64,000 nt of DNA from Mustelus asterias (Eukaryota): the NCBI RefSeq assembly GCF_964213995.1, contig NC_135808.1, forward strand, positions 31,000,001 to 31,064,000, in the 5' to 3' direction. The position numbers and the translations under genes were made by a program. Under the pieces are notes generated by a model that was not told the origin of the DNA, made no database searches, and was given only the letters and a program-made list of their open reading frames with translations. Of this stretch, positions 12,871-26,204 are shown piece by piece. Numbering within the stretch: the first letter of the stretch is position 1; every line of letters begins with the position of its first letter.

Positions 12871-14334
12871 TTGGGGGAGGAGGGGCAGAAGATTTCTATG
12901 AACTAGTAATATGAACTAGTTCCAGAAGCCTACAGATAATAGCTTTGAAATCTAATGAAGAATCCAGATCAAACGTATATAGGTTTTGAAAGAATCAAAG
13001 AAGTAACTTTGACAGATGGAGAAGGGCATTGAAAATATGCAAGATACTTAGGGCGATGTTTATCTTCGAGGAGTTAAAAATTCCCTTCCGAGAGTAGAGA
13101 GTCGTGTGGAAAAGCAGAGGGTTAAAACTACGGGATCGACAGAAATGGCAGGTGATTTTGAGATAATTCTTAAATCAAGGTTTGGATCTCGACATCAATG
13201 AGGGATATAAACTGGGGAAAAGAGAAATTCGCAGGTGGCAAAGGCAAAGGAGATCTCATTAGAGATAGTAAGGAAAGTTTACCACAGGTTAAAAAGGAAA
13301 CCTATGAATATGGAAGAGAATCAAAAGCCTCAGATGTTTTCATTGTAATAAAGTTGGACACAGAAAGTCGCAATTTAGGTGGCTTAGAAAAGCACAGTGA
13401 AGACAGACGTGGTAAATCATAAGAAACCGGTGTGGTTTATTAAAATAGCAAAGGACACCATGGCTGAAGCCGGAGTGTGCAGCCTGGTCAGGGTTGTTTG
13501 ATCTGAAAGTTCCAGTCTCTTTAAATAATTCACTTGTGTGGATAAAGTTAACACATTTGTACCTGAAGGAGTTGGTAAAGAAGTTAAAATTTTAAGAGAT
13601 ATAGGGGCAAGCCAATCTTCAATTGTGAGTGATGAGGGCAAATGTAGTTCAGATCGAGTATTGTCAGAAAAGATGATAGTTTGTGGAATTCATGGTGAAA
13701 AGACATGTGCATACTTTGTCAGGAAAGCTTGGAGTGTCCAGTGAAAAGTGGTGAAGTGGTGGTATGAGGAATAGTGAAATTGCCTTTTTCAGTGGTATAG
13801 CTTAGACTGGGTAACAAAGTAACTGGATCCCAGGTGGAAGTGATGCATACTGTCATTAAGAAGCCAGTGAAGCACCAAATAACTGAGGTGTTGTGGGAAG
13901 CATATCTGGGGATTTTTCCTGACTGTAGTAACAAGATCACAAAGCCACAGGTTGAGACAGGAGAAGAATTCAAAGAGTAAACATAAGGAGGCTGAGGTTC
14001 AGTTATCAGAAACCATTTTTGACTAGATGGCTGAGAAAGAACAAGAACAAGCGGAGGACAAAGCGGAAAACTATAGGTCAGGAAAGTTGGTAGAATAACA
14101 CAGAAAATGCAGAGCTCAAACAGTTGTATTAGAACGCATACACAGAAGAGGATTCTGAATGTACACCAGAGTGTTACTACATTAAAAAGTACGTCTTAAT
14201 GAGGAAGCGTTGACATTTCATACTCACACAGATGAAAAATGTCCAACGGTACATTAAGTTGTACACGCAGAGAGTTGTGAAAGGAGATGTTGTGGGAAGT
14301 GCATCATGGACCAGTGGAAGCTTATTTAGGAGTA

Positions 14335-14633
14335 GGGGAGAAAAAAACTGGAGGACATGGATTAAGGGTGAAGGGGGAAAAGTTGAAAGAGAATATTAGG
14401 GGGGGCTTCTTCACACAGAGAGTGGTGGGAGTGTGGAATGAGCTGCCAGATGAAGTGCTGAATGCGGGCTCACTTTTAACATTTAAGAAAAACTTGGACA
14501 GATACATGGATGAAAGAGGTGTGGAGGGATATGGTCCAGGTGCAGGTCAATGGGACTAGGCAGAAAAATGGTTTGGCACAGCCAAGAAGAGCCAAAAGGC
14601 CTGTTTCTGTGCTGTAGTGTTCTATGGTTCTAT
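14335..14633 (+). mobile_element. CR1 3' fragment inserted in the Gypsy integrase
   Basis: GHGLRVKG..FFTQRVVGVWNELP; (GTTCTATG) tail; the Gypsy sequence resumes at ggaaaactcaagc. Confidence 0.85.
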
Positions 14634-15327
14634 GGAAAACTCAAGCAAAAATACAAAAACATGTTTATTGGCTGGGATTGCATAAAGATGTTGTAGAAAT
14701 TTGCCAGACATATCACACATTTCAGGTAATATGAAAACATAAAGCAGTAATAGAACCAGCACCCTTAATACTCATTTCAGCATTTGAGGAACTTTTTAAG
14801 TTGATCCTAATTGATTGTGTGAAAATGAAAAATAGGAATCAATATTTGTTGGCCATAATGGATGTGTCTACTACATTTCTGAAGACCATTCCATTTTGTA
14901 ATATTACAGCTAAATGGATTATAGAGGAGTTATTTCATTTGTTTCTTGCAGATACAAACTATCCGCAGAAATCCAATCAGATCGGGGATAATATCTTATG
15001 TTGAAGTTAAACAGGGAAGTTATCGATTGCCTAGGAGTAAAATAATATAATTCAACTGTGTACCATCCAGAACTACAGGGAAGTTTGGAACAGTGACAGC
15101 AAACTTTAAAACGATTACGAGGGCCTATAGTCAGGATTATCCAGAGGATTGGGATAAAGGCATTCAATTTGTACTTTTTGCAATTAGGGATGCACCCAAC
15201 GAACCAACTAAATTCAATCCATTTGAATTGATGTTTGTTCACCAGGTAGGAGGACCACTTAAATTGATCAAGGAGGAATTGCCGAAGCAACGTTCTTAGA
15301 CTACATTGTTTGACTATGTGTCAAACT

Positions 15328-16328
15328 TTAGGGCCTCAACTATTTACCATTTATATAGAGGAGGGGACTGAGTGTAGGGTAACAAAGTTTGCAGACAACA
15401 CAAAGATAAGTGGAAAAGCGAATCGTGTGGAGGGCGTAGAAGGTCTGCAGAGAGATTTGGACAGGCTGAGTGAGTGGGCGAGGATTTGGTAGATGGAGTA
15501 TAACGTTGACAAATGCGAGGTTATTCACTTTGGAGGAAATAAGAGCAAATTGGATTATTATCTAAATGGAAAGAAATTACAACATGCTACTCTGCAAACG
15601 GACCTGGGGGTCCTTGTGCATGAGACGCAAAAACCCAGTCTGCAGGTGCAACAGGTGATCAAGAAGGCAAATGGGATATTGGCCTATATCGCAAGGGGGA
15701 TCGAATATAAAAGCAGAGATGTCTTGCTGCATCTGTATAGGGCATTGGTGAGGCCGCAGCTGGAATACTGTGTGCAGTATTGGTCCCCTTATTTGCGGAA
15801 GGATATATTGGCCTTGGAGGGAGTACAAAGAAGGTTCACCAGGTTGATACCAGAGATGAGGGGTGTTGATTATGAGGAGAGACTGAGCAGATTGGGTTTG
15901 TACTCGTTGGAATTTAGAAGGCTGAGGGGGGATCTTACAGAGACCTATAAGATAATGAAGGGGCTGGATAGGGTAGATGTGGAGAGATTATTTCCACTTA
16001 GAAAGGAAGCTAGAACTAGAGGGCACAGCCTCAAAATAAAGGGGGGTAAGTTTAGGACAGAGTTGAGGAGGAACTTCTTCTCTCAGAGGGTGGTGAATCT
16101 CTGGAATTCTCTGCCCACTGAAGTGGTGGAGGCTACCTTATTGAACATGTTTAAATCACGGATGGATGGATTCCTGATCGGTAAGGAAATTAGGGGTTAT
16201 AGGGATCAGGCGGGTAAGTGGAACTGATCCACTTCAGATTAGCCATGATCTTATTGAATGGCGGGGCAGGCTTGAGGGGCTAGATGGCCTACTCCTGCTC
16301 CTATTTCTTATGTTCTTATGTTCTTATG
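15328..16328 (+). mobile_element. CR1 3' fragment inserted in the Gypsy element
   Basis: ORF 15493-16227 (LVRPQLEYCVQYWSP, FFSQRVVNLWNSLP); (TTCTTATG)n tail. Confidence 0.9.
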
Positions 16329-17989
16329 AAAGATTAACCAGGACTCGTAAACTGGCGAGACAGCATTTAAAAGAGACACAACACGTGATGAAAAAAGAAA
16401 CTGATGGAAATTAAGAATTTGTAGTTTTGCTAGTGGGCATAAAGTATTAATACCATGAGCAATGGTAGTTGAACCATCAGAAACAAAATTTAGTGGATCT
16501 TATGAAATCAAAAGAAAACTTAGTGAGATGAATTATTTCATAATAGCGGCAGGTGGAAGGACAACTCACAACCATGTTAACATGGTCAAATGGTATTTTC
16601 ATAGGGAAGCAAAACAAAGGAAGACGTGTTAGTTGCAACAACTCAGAGCGGAGAAGCAAATACTGATGATTTGGTGCGCTGCATTCCTCAAAATAGATTG
16701 GATAATGAGAAAGTAATCAGAAATTGGAATAAATTACTGAGTTACCTTCCAGTGAAGAATCAAAATAATCTGAAAGACTTATTACAATCACATGGAGCTA
16801 TATGTGGGAATAAACTGGCATATTCTAAAGCAATTGTGCATGATGTAGATGTAGGAAATGTTCGTCCAATTCAACTTCCCTTTTGGACTTACTCCAGTCA
16901 ATTTACACATGTTCTGAAAGAGAAGCTGACATTTGGTGAGTCTGAGATTCAGCAGCCAAAAGACTGAATCGAACATTACAAATGGTTGGTGGATATTTGC
17001 AAATCTCAGATCATGAGAACAGGAATGGAGGCAGATGAATCCAGTGTAAAACTGATGAAGGCAGAAGCATTTTCTAGCTGCAGATGAAGGAAAGGGACAA
17101 TGATCTGTAAGAGTGTTTGATGAGTATGTACTATCATTCCAAAAGAACTGCTGGAGTAATGATTTTAGGAATTGGCAATGAATGCTGTCCAGCCAGCGAT
17201 GTCCATGTTCCATGAGTGAATTAAAAAAGTAGTATAGAATCCCTAGAGTGCAGATGACGCCATTTGGCCCATCAAACCTGCACTAACGCAATATGTACCG
17301 AGGCCAACCCTCCCGCCCTTTCCTGATAACCCATGACACAAATGAAAAATAAACAATACAATTCGCCAATTTGGAACTTGAAAGTTAAATTGGATAAAGC
17401 GAGAAGAAGCTGGAAAATAATTTCGAGAGTTGCACAAAGCAGCAATTATTACTCGGACAGAAAACATAACAAACAACGACTTACTATATATGTGGCGAAT
17501 TTCAGCGAGCTAATGTTTCATACATTGTCAGTGTTGATAAAGTGCATGTGCAGAGATCAGTCAACGGAGCTATATGCGTTCAGTGCGGATTAAGGATGAG
17601 TTGATTGGGGAATTAATATCATGTTTAAGTGAGTGGATAACTGCTACCTTATTGCAGAAGCTATCTTTTTTAAACTTGATCTGGATAATGCTGTTGTCGC
17701 CTTGCTGTTCTCAGTCTAAAGGATTGAATGTTGTAATTCCTGAAATTCAGTAAGAATTAACTATCGCAATTACTTCAATTGTGCCACTCCAACTCAGGCC
17801 ACTTGTAAACAGTACAGCACGCAGCCACTTTTCAGAAGTCCACAACCAAATCCATTCCAGCTTTGCAAAGGACTTCTCCAGATATTTGACATCTGACATT
17901 AGAATGATGAGAGTCAGATCAATATTAACATGGAAAGTGACACCTTTCTCATTCAGGTTTCATTTTTAGGGCAGCTCTGGTGGGTGAGG

Positions 17990-18355
17990 GGGGATCACCT
18001 CACTTAATGGTAATGCCACTGGGCTGGTAATTCACGGATCGAGGCTAATGGTTCGAATCCCAACAAAAAAGCTTTTGGAAATCATAGTCAAATACTAAGG
18101 CTGGAATTTGAAGCTTTTTTCTGTGATGGTGATTGTGGCAATTGCTGTAGATTGTCGCAATAAAAACATCTGGCTCATTAATGTACTTTTAGGATGAAAT
18201 CTGCCATCCTTATTGGACGTGATGGACACGTGTCTCCAAATCCACAGCAATGTAACTAACTCGTTAATGGCTGAGCAAGTCAGTCACTACAAGGAGAATT
18301 AGGGATGGGCATCATGTGCTGATGTAACAGTGACACTGACACCCATGAAAGAAGA
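17990..18355 (+). mobile_element. Second SINE family (tRNA-like head, LINE-derived tail), degenerate
   Basis: ggttcgaatccc B box; homologous to 60850-61230; tail ttagggatgggca. Confidence 0.55.
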
Positions 18356-18627
18356 ACAATAATAAAATCTTCTTTGGAACTGCACAGGGATCATTAATAA
18401 TTGCTGATGTGAGTAACACTGGATCCAAGAATTGAGGGTTGCATGTATAGGCATAGAGGTCACCAACTCAGTATGAAGTGTGTATGGCAGATTCGTGGAC
18501 ACAGCCAGTTGATGGGCAGTATTTGAACAGAACAATAAAAAGATCACGGTGCAGAAAGAGGTTATTTGGCCCATTGTGTCGGCGCTGGCCGAACAAGAGA
18601 AAAAATAAACTGCTGAGTATAGCACCA

Positions 18628-20115
18628 GTACCATTTCTCTACTAATGTTGATCTGCCTCAGTTCTTCCCTCTCACTAAATCTTGCATTCCCCGACATTTT
18701 TGGTATCTGATTTGCACCCTCTTCTGTGAAGACAGAACCAAAGTAAGTATTCAGTTCCTCAGCCATTTCTTTGTCGCCTATTATATATTCCCCCACTTCT
18801 GTCTGTAGGGGACCTATATTTGTCTTCACCAACCTCTTTCTCTTCACGTATTGATAGAAACCCTTCATATCAGTCTTAATGTTCCCTGCAAGCTTACTTT
18901 AACGCTGTATTTTCTCCTTCTTAACCAACCCCTTGGTCCTTCTTTGCTGAATTCTAAACTGCTCCCAAACCTCAGACCTATTATTTTTCTTGGCCAATCT
19001 GTATGCTTCTTCCTTGGATTGGATACTATCTCTAATTTCCTTTGTAAGCTATGGATTGGTCCTCTTACCATTTTGTTTTTGTGCCAGACAGGAATAAACA
19101 GTTGCTGCAGTTCCCCCATGCATTCCTTGAATGTTCCCCATTACCTATCCACTGTCATCCCTTTAAGTAACTCTCCCCAATCTATCAAGGCTATCTCATG
19201 CCTCATATTTTCATAGTTTCCTTTATTAAGATTTAGCAACCTAGTCTCTGAATCAACTACTTCACCCTCCATCTTGATAAAAAAAATTATATCATGCTAT
19301 GATTGCTCATCCCCAAGGCGTCTCGCAAACTAGATTGGCAATGATTCCTTTTTCATTACACAGTACTCAGTCTAAGATGGCCTGCTCTCTAGTTGGTTTC
19401 TCCACAAATTGTTCAAGAAAACCATCCCGTATGCACTCCAGGAATTCTTCCTCTCGGCATTGTGACTAACTTGATTTTCCCAACCTATGTGCAGATTAAA
19501 ATCGCCCATGATCACTGATATTCCCTTGTGACATGCATCTCTAATTTCGTGTTTAATGCCATTCCGAACATCACCACTGTAATTTGGGGTCTATATATGA
19601 CAACCAGTGATTTTTTTTTGCCCTTTGTTATTTCTCAAATCTACCCGGACAGACTCCACATTGTCAGAGCTAATATTCTTTCTCACTATTGTGTTAATTT
19701 TCTCTTTAACCTGCAGTGCAACTCCATCATCTTTTCATTTATGCCTGACCTTCCTAAATACTGAATACCCCGAGACATTCAGTTCCCATCCCTGGTCACC
19801 TTGCAGCCATGTCTCCGTAATCACAATGATATTGTACCTGTTTACATCTAGCTGAGCGATTAGTACATCCATTTTATTGCAAATGCTCTACACATGAAGG
19901 CACAGAGCCTTTTAGCTTGTCGTTTTAACATTGTTTGTCTCACTCCCAATATTTTCCTCTATAGCCCTGTTATCCTTGGTTTCTCTGCCAATCACTTTTC
20001 TCATTCCCTTTTCTACCTTTTGTTTCTGTCCTTGTTCCCTCCTTCTCTGACTCCTTACATAGGTTCCCATCCCCCTGGAATATTAGTCCAAACCCTCCCC
20101 AACCGCTCTCGCAAA
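18628..20115 (-). mobile_element. CR1 fragment (ORF1 end plus ORF2 endonuclease region)
   Basis: KGFYQYVKRKRLVKTNIGPL..EMAEELNTYFGSVFT; the ITETWL endonuclease motif is recognisable near 19800-19825. Confidence 0.8.
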
Positions 20116-20289
20116 CATTCCAGGATGGTGCTGCATTATTCAACATAGGGATCCATTGTGCCTAATCAATGATTAATGCGTTCTTTGTTCCAACACATCT
20201 AGATTTTGGATTCACCTCGAATGTTTAGACAAACATTGCAACCGCAACGGGGCCTTAGAATTAAGAAATCGATGGAGATCACTAATCTG

Positions 20290-20900
20290 ACATAAGACCA
20301 TAAGAAATAGAAATCGGGAGAGGCATTCAGCCCTCGAGAATGCTCCACTATTTAATAAGATCATGGCAGATCTAACACTCACTAGGTCCACTTCCCTGCT
20401 TTGACTCCATACAAACTAATTCCCCTATTGATTTAAAAACTCGATTGATCTCAGCCTTGCAAATGTTCAAGGCTTGGCCTTCATTACTTCCTGTGGTAAA
20501 GAATTCCAAAGAGTCACCACTCTTTGAGAGAAGAAATTATTCCTTAAATCCGTGTTAAATGATCAACCCCTTATTTTCCGACTATGTCTTGTGGTCCTAT
20601 ATTCTCCCATGAGTGGAAACATCCTCCCAACATTAACCCTGTCTAAGAATCCTATATGTTTCAATCATATCACCTCTCATTTCTCTGAACTCCAAAGGGC
20701 ACAGATCGAATCTGCTTAATCCTTCCTCTTATGGCATTCATACCCGGGATCATCTCCGTAAACCTCCCTTGTACTGCCTCCAATGATGATATATCTTTCC
20801 TTTATTACGAGGACGAAACTGTACACAACATTCTAAATGTGGCCTCACTTGTACCTTATACATTTACAGCAACGCCTCTTTGATTTTATAGTCCGTCCAC
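20290..20900 (-). mobile_element. Old CR1 3' fragment
   Basis: Diverged copy of the CR1 3' end seen at 27740-28330. Confidence 0.65.
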
Positions 20901-21908
20901 TGCCGCCAACACCCCCCCCCCCCCCCCTTCCCGGCTAATTCCCTTGTACTAATCATAAGATCAGATTCACTGCTTCACTCAGATATCAAGCTGGGGGTGG
21001 CGGAGAGGGGGGGCGGTTGGCTGTTGGCGGGGGCGGGGGATGTTGGAAAATAAATTCGAGAGGTGAACAAAGTAGAACATGGCTGGCAATAAATTTTTTA
21101 AAACTAAATGTTTGAAGATGTTCAGTGTACTCGTGCTCCGGGCATAGTTGTTTGTTGCTTAATTGTTGTACGTGTGCCGGAATTGATGAATACTGCAGTT
21201 AAAAGCCACTTCTCCATCAGTGTGTTATTTCATGCATACTTCGAGAGGCCGTGTCTCTCTCTTTAACTTCCTTCCGGTGTTTCACACTGTGGGAAGGCGT
21301 TGTCCTCAGCCGCTTTCGGGTCTTGCGGTTGGAGCGTTTGAGAAAAAAGATGCAGCATGCAGCAGATATCCTCCATTGAGGATTCCGCAGTCAAATGCTG
21401 TCCCGAATCCCAGGGGACCTCCTCAGGCCTCTGGTCTGTGACCATAGAAACGCAAGATCACATGACACTTAGAGGGTGTTGTTTTCCTGGAAATGCAGAG
21501 ATCATTACCATTTAAAACTGATCACTTGGAAATTTGCAGTACATGTGCCCTTGGCCCTGGAATGTACCAGGCAAGGCAAGTACAACTGCATCAACATGAC
21601 TGAATTATGGCCCGTTTCTGGATATAGCTACTTGATGACTATTGGTTAGGGAAGGCAATGCAGTTGACGGTTTAAATTCCCTTTGGAATGTCATAGCAAG
21701 ACGCTGTGAACAGGCAGGTGTGTAAAGGGACAAAGTGAATCAAACTTGTCACGCAGCAGCCTACTATAGTCAGGCACATCCAATCATATCTTATATCCAA
21801 ATCTCCTTTGGCACGACCCGTGGGTATGTCCACCTTCCTAATTACTTGCCTGTAGGTAAATGCCCCTGTCGAAGTACTTACACACTTGAAGATTGATGCC
21901 CTCAGCAC

Positions 21909-22212
21909 GGGGCGGCACAGTGGTTAACACTGCTGCCTCACAGCGCCAGGGACCTGGGTTCAATTCCATCCTTGGGTCACTGTCTGTGTGAAGTTTGCAC
22001 ATTCTCCCTGTGTCTACGTGGGTTTCCTCAGGGCGCTCCGGTTTCCTCCCACAATCCAAAGATGTGTGGGTTAGGTTGATTGGCCATGCTAAATTTCTTG
22101 TCAGAGTAAATAAGTGGGGTTACGGGGATAGGGCCTAGGTGGGATTGTGGTCGGTGCAGACACGATGGGCCAAATGCCCTCCTTCTGCAATGTGGAGTTT
22201 CTATGATTCTAT
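21909..22212 (+). mobile_element. V-SINE (HE1-like) with CR1-like tail
   Basis: A/B boxes, V core, tail ttctatgattctatg. Confidence 0.88.
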
Positions 22213-23070
22213 GCCCTGCCTCACCAGCAGGACAAACTGACAGCACTATGTTCTTCAGTTGGGATGGAGAAGCCCTGTGAGTCCTCAAGGTTGATTCCAT
22301 AGTCATGAAGTTTCCAGGAGTCAGGTCAAACGTGAGCAAGGAAGATTGCAGCTTGTTGTGGAGCAACCGCTCCTCCGTAGCGAAATGAATTAGTTCTCCT
22401 CCATGTTGTCGAACATTTGAAGGAAACAATGAAGGCAGCATGACACAGAATGTACAACTGCTGAGGCCGTCAATCTTCAACAGCATAGGTATGTCAACAG
22501 GGGCATTTACCTATAGGGAAGTACTTAGCAAGGTGGACAAATCCTGAAGCATATAGCTGATAAACTGGGCCTGCAGCAGCTCATGAAGGAACTGAAATGA
22601 GAAAATTTACCTGACCCTTGTTCTCAACAATCTAATGGTGGCCTTATGTCTGTCTATGCCAATATGTAGTGACTGCCAGACCTTGTGGAAATAAAGTCCC
22701 ACCTTTACAATCGGACCACCTTCCATCGTGTTGCATAGCACTACCACTGTGCAAAATAGGATAGAATCAATCAAGATCTAACGACTCAAAAAGTGGGTGT
22801 CCATTAGGCTCTGTTGGCAATCAGCAGCATCAACATTGTATTCAAAAACAACCTCATGTCTCGGTATATCATGAAGACAGAGGAGGATCCCTGGTTAATG
22901 TGAAGTATGGAGGAGATTAGAATGAACAGCACCAGATGGACCTAACAATGAGTTTCCAACCAGGCGATCCTGCAGCACAAGGTTATGTGTCAGATACCAG
23001 AATCAAATTGCTTTAAATAGAGCCAAAGAAATCCCACAACTAATTGTGAACAAGGTTGATTTTTTTTTCA
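22213..23070 (+). mobile_element. Degenerate non-LTR retrotransposon endonuclease fragment (a family distinct from the dominant CR1s)
   Basis: Recognised by eye as a diverged shark LINE endonuclease region; no intact ORF; clade not assigned. Confidence 0.45.
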
Positions 23071-23094
23071 ATGGGCCTAGCAATGATCCCAGCC

Positions 23095-23315
23095 ATAAAC
23101 AAAATACTGCGGATGCTGGAAATATGAAATAAGAATAGAAAATTCTGGATAAATTCAGTCGTCCGACAGCATCTGTGCAGGTGTTAATATTTTGAGTCGA
23201 TATGAACCTTTGACAGAACTGAAGAGGGATAGAAATTGATGAATTATATACTTGGAGAGGAGAGTGGGGCACCACCCTCTGCTGAAGAGCCAAAAGACTC
23301 GAAACGTTTGTTGGA
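23095..23315. mobile_element. Degenerate Penelope-like terminal repeat with decayed hammerhead motifs
   Basis: aaaatactgcggatgctggaaat...gacagcatctgtg matches 48371-48608; remnant ctgaagagccaaaagactcgaaacgtt at about 23282-23308. Confidence 0.55.
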
Positions 23316-23784
23316 ATTTTACCAAACGGAGAATGCCGTTCTGCGAGGTAAAATTCTGGCCAATACTCTGCTTTGTCTTCTTACATATGCTGCCAAACCT
23401 ACCGACCTTATTTCCAGCATCCTCCCCTATTATTCTGTAAGCTTTTATTGCATTTGTAATTGTCACTATTGGTAATGAATGATAAGGAGATGGCATACAA
23501 TTGCAAAACGTGGACTCTTTTAGTGGTTTAGCCCCCTTGCCTGTTACTTCTAAATTGATGGGATTAAATGGAGTGAAATCAACCGTGTCCAATTTGGTGA
23601 AAGTGTCCTCATGTGCATCTGAAGTGTTCGCGTTCCAGATAAAATGAATCAATTGAGCTCCTCTTGCGAGAAGGAATACACTACAAACCTGTGGCCAATT
23701 CATCAACTATTCTATTCCTGATAATTGGTCTTGGAAAAAGAAACATATCACTGGCACCTTCAGCGTATATTTCTGTTTGACCTG

Positions 23785-23860
23785 AGTATGTGTGTGTTTG
23801 TGTATGTATGTGTGTTTGTGTTCGTGTATGTATGTGTGCATCTGCGTATGTGTGTGTGCA
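23785..23860. repeat. Imperfect (TG)/(TATG) microsatellite
   Basis: Direct reading. Confidence 0.85.
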
Positions 23861-24109
23861 ACACCGTGATTAAATCTGTATAAATCTGACATGGAAGTGC
23901 TGTGGCTGACTATATGTGTGTGAAATGAGAAATTCCGAGCTGACATAACGTTCAACTTGTTGTTGATGAAGAAGAAAGAATGAAAACTATAACATACACT
24001 GTCGGTTTTAACATGTGTTCAATATTAATGGTCAAGAAAATTTCATTAAAAGCAAGAATAGATATACCAGAAAATAAAAGTTGGGGATTTAACGTGTCAA
24101 AAGTACCTA

Positions 24110-24500
24110 ACTGAGAACAAGGAACAGGAATAGGTCACCCCGTCCCTCAAGCCTGCTCTGCTATTCAACAAGGTTATGGCTGATCCGGTAGCAAACTTAA
24201 ATCTTCATCCCATCTAACCCAGATAACCTATCACTCCCTTTACATATCGAGAACCAATCCAACATTGCCTTTAAAGTATTCCAACACTCTGCTTCCACCA
24301 CCCTTTCAGGAACAGTTCCAAAACTCACGGTTCTCAGAGAAAAACAATCGCCTAATTTCTGTTTTAAATGGGTGGCCCTTAAATTTTAACAACGACCCTC
24401 GTCCCAATTTCTCCCATAGGAAGAAACATCCTCTCTACACCCATCCTGTCAAAAGCTTTCAGGATCGTATATAATTTTATCAAATCGCCTCTTAATCTTC
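24110..24500 (-). mobile_element. Old CR1 3' fragment
   Basis: gaacaggaataggtcacc...aagcctgctctgctattcaacaagg, a CR1 3' UTR pattern. Confidence 0.65.
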
Positions 24501-24754
24501 TATGAAGGCCACTTCAGAATTACGCTTGTCCATTAGTGTGTGATGTGACTGTTTTATTGAACGGAAGCAATAGCTGTGATGCCAACTCCCAGAGGAATCC
24601 TACCAATTAATTAGGATATTAAAAGAAAAAGGTTTGAAAATGTACACGTGGCACTTCAGCTGTTTTTGCTGTGAGATTTGCATCTCTCGTGGGATGAAAA
24701 GTATTCCACGTGACAATTGTTTCGAAACTTAACTGTGTCACGAGACTTTTGGAT

Positions 24755-24760
24755 TATAAA
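24755..24760 (+). promoter_or_regulatory. TATA box of the GPR139-like gene
   Basis: TATAAA starting 70 bp upstream of the exon-1 ATG (24825). Confidence 0.55.
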
Positions 24761-24824
24761 CGAGAGCGTGACCTGAACGCATCTCAGCTGTGTCTCCCAA
24801 CAGTTTTGCCACTGTTCCGCGAGT

Positions 24825-24894
24825 ATGGAACGTGCAATACTTACTCAGGTACAAGAAATTTATTACCCTATCCTTGCACTACTTGGTGTTCCTG
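24825..24894 (+). CDS. GPR139-like GPCR, coding exon 1 (N-terminus and first half of TM1)
   Basis: MERAILTQVQEIYYPILALLGVP+G then a consensus gtaagt donor; 70 nt, phase 1, joins exon 2 in frame (VP-A-NLLTIVIL). Confidence 0.88.
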
Positions 24895-25011
24895 GTAAGT
24901 TATATTCTCAGTAAGCATTTAGCTTTACCAGTATTTTACTGTACGAGCATTTTCTGCTTGTGTAATTATGACATAGTATCAAATTGCCTGTTCATTAAAA
25001 TTAATGAAATA

Positions 25012-25258
25012 TTGCTGCCTCACAGTGCCAGAGACCCGGGCTCAATTCCACCTTTGGATGACTGTGTGGAGTTTACACATTCTCCCAGTGTCTGCGTGTG
25101 TTTTCTCTTGATGCTCCTGTTTCCTCCCAAAGTCCAAAGATGTGCAGGTTAGATGGAATTAATGATGTAATTATGTGGGGTTACAGGGATTCAGTCAGAG
25201 AGTCCGTGCAGAATAGATAGGCCGAATAGCCTCCTTCTGCAATGTAGAAGTTCTATGA
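25012..25258 (+). mobile_element. V-SINE, 5'-truncated
   Basis: tgctgcctcacagtgccagagacccggg plus V core. Confidence 0.75.
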
Positions 25259-26204
25259 GTGAGTTGCATTAAACTAATATTCCATAAACTTTCTAAATTA
25301 GCAAACTCGTCAAATTACTTCTCCTGCAAGTTTCTACAGAATTGTGTATTTATTAAGTTGGCGCCGTGGATCCTTGTTGCGAGGTAGCGACCTTATTGTC
25401 ACTGCATCTTGCAATGGTCGTTCAGTGGTCATTCCACCAGTAGCGAGTCAACTTGATATTTCATAATGTAAAATGAGTGGGAGCATACATGGCCTGATTT
25501 TTTTTAAAATTCACTTGTATTTGACCTGCAAGCAATTTAACCTTAACTTGTGACCAGTGTGTAATGGCGCATATAACAGATCTCGTCCATTCCAATTGAT
25601 TCATATTAATCAGAGTTTCCAAATTGGCTGTTCTATTTCATCATTCCTATAACATAAGAGTATTAGATCGAACTGGGAATAGAGTTGACATCAGATGAAA
25701 TGTTGCGACCTGAAACGATGTCGCCAGTCCCGCTCAGCATTTCCTGCATCTTCTGTGTTTTGTTTTATTTCGGAAGGTGAAAATCGATGCAGCCTGTGCA
25801 ATTCGTGCCGAATCACAAGTACGTTTTGGAAATCCCTACATCTTCCTTGATTGGCTGCTGCATTGCACGTGTCGAAAGGTGATTGAAGTAGTCAGACATT
25901 TTTGAATACAAGACTTCTGCAGTAATTGCAATGTGCTCCAATGAAGGGCAAATCGGATACTTAAAGCTGCCGAGGGGTGGCGCGTTTTAAGTCTTTGGGT
26001 ACGTGGAGGTGCCCGACAATTCAGTTTGAATTAATTTAAATTACTCTAACCCAGAACCTTTAGCACTTTTGGACTTGCATTGGGGTCAAACATTAGAATC
26101 TCTACCGGGTTCTCTAACTGCATTTGCTTAAAGGACAGGATCAACTCAAACTAAAGTTGACACTACACGGTAAAGTGAAGATTTGTTTGAGTTAACAAAT
26201 ATTT

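Larger units (their letters stand above)
12885..16980 (+). mobile_element. Degenerate Gypsy LTR retrotransposon internal region, Gmr1-like (SCAN-gag, CCHC, PR, IN, then RT start)
   Basis: YELVPEAYR (SCAN-like, about 12910); CFHCNKVGH knuckle (about 13335); protease ILRDIGASQS; integrase HHGPVEAYLGV, QYLLAIMDVSTTF, YHPELQG and DWDKGIQFVLFAIRDAPNEPTKFNPFELMF; HDVDVGNVRPIQ (pre-RT) at about 16840. Confidence 0.85.

Noticed and set aside
25690-25775. Hammerhead-like remnant (a similar one at about 60240-60345)
   Set aside because: The core boxes are mutated; only decayed Penelope-like termini remain.
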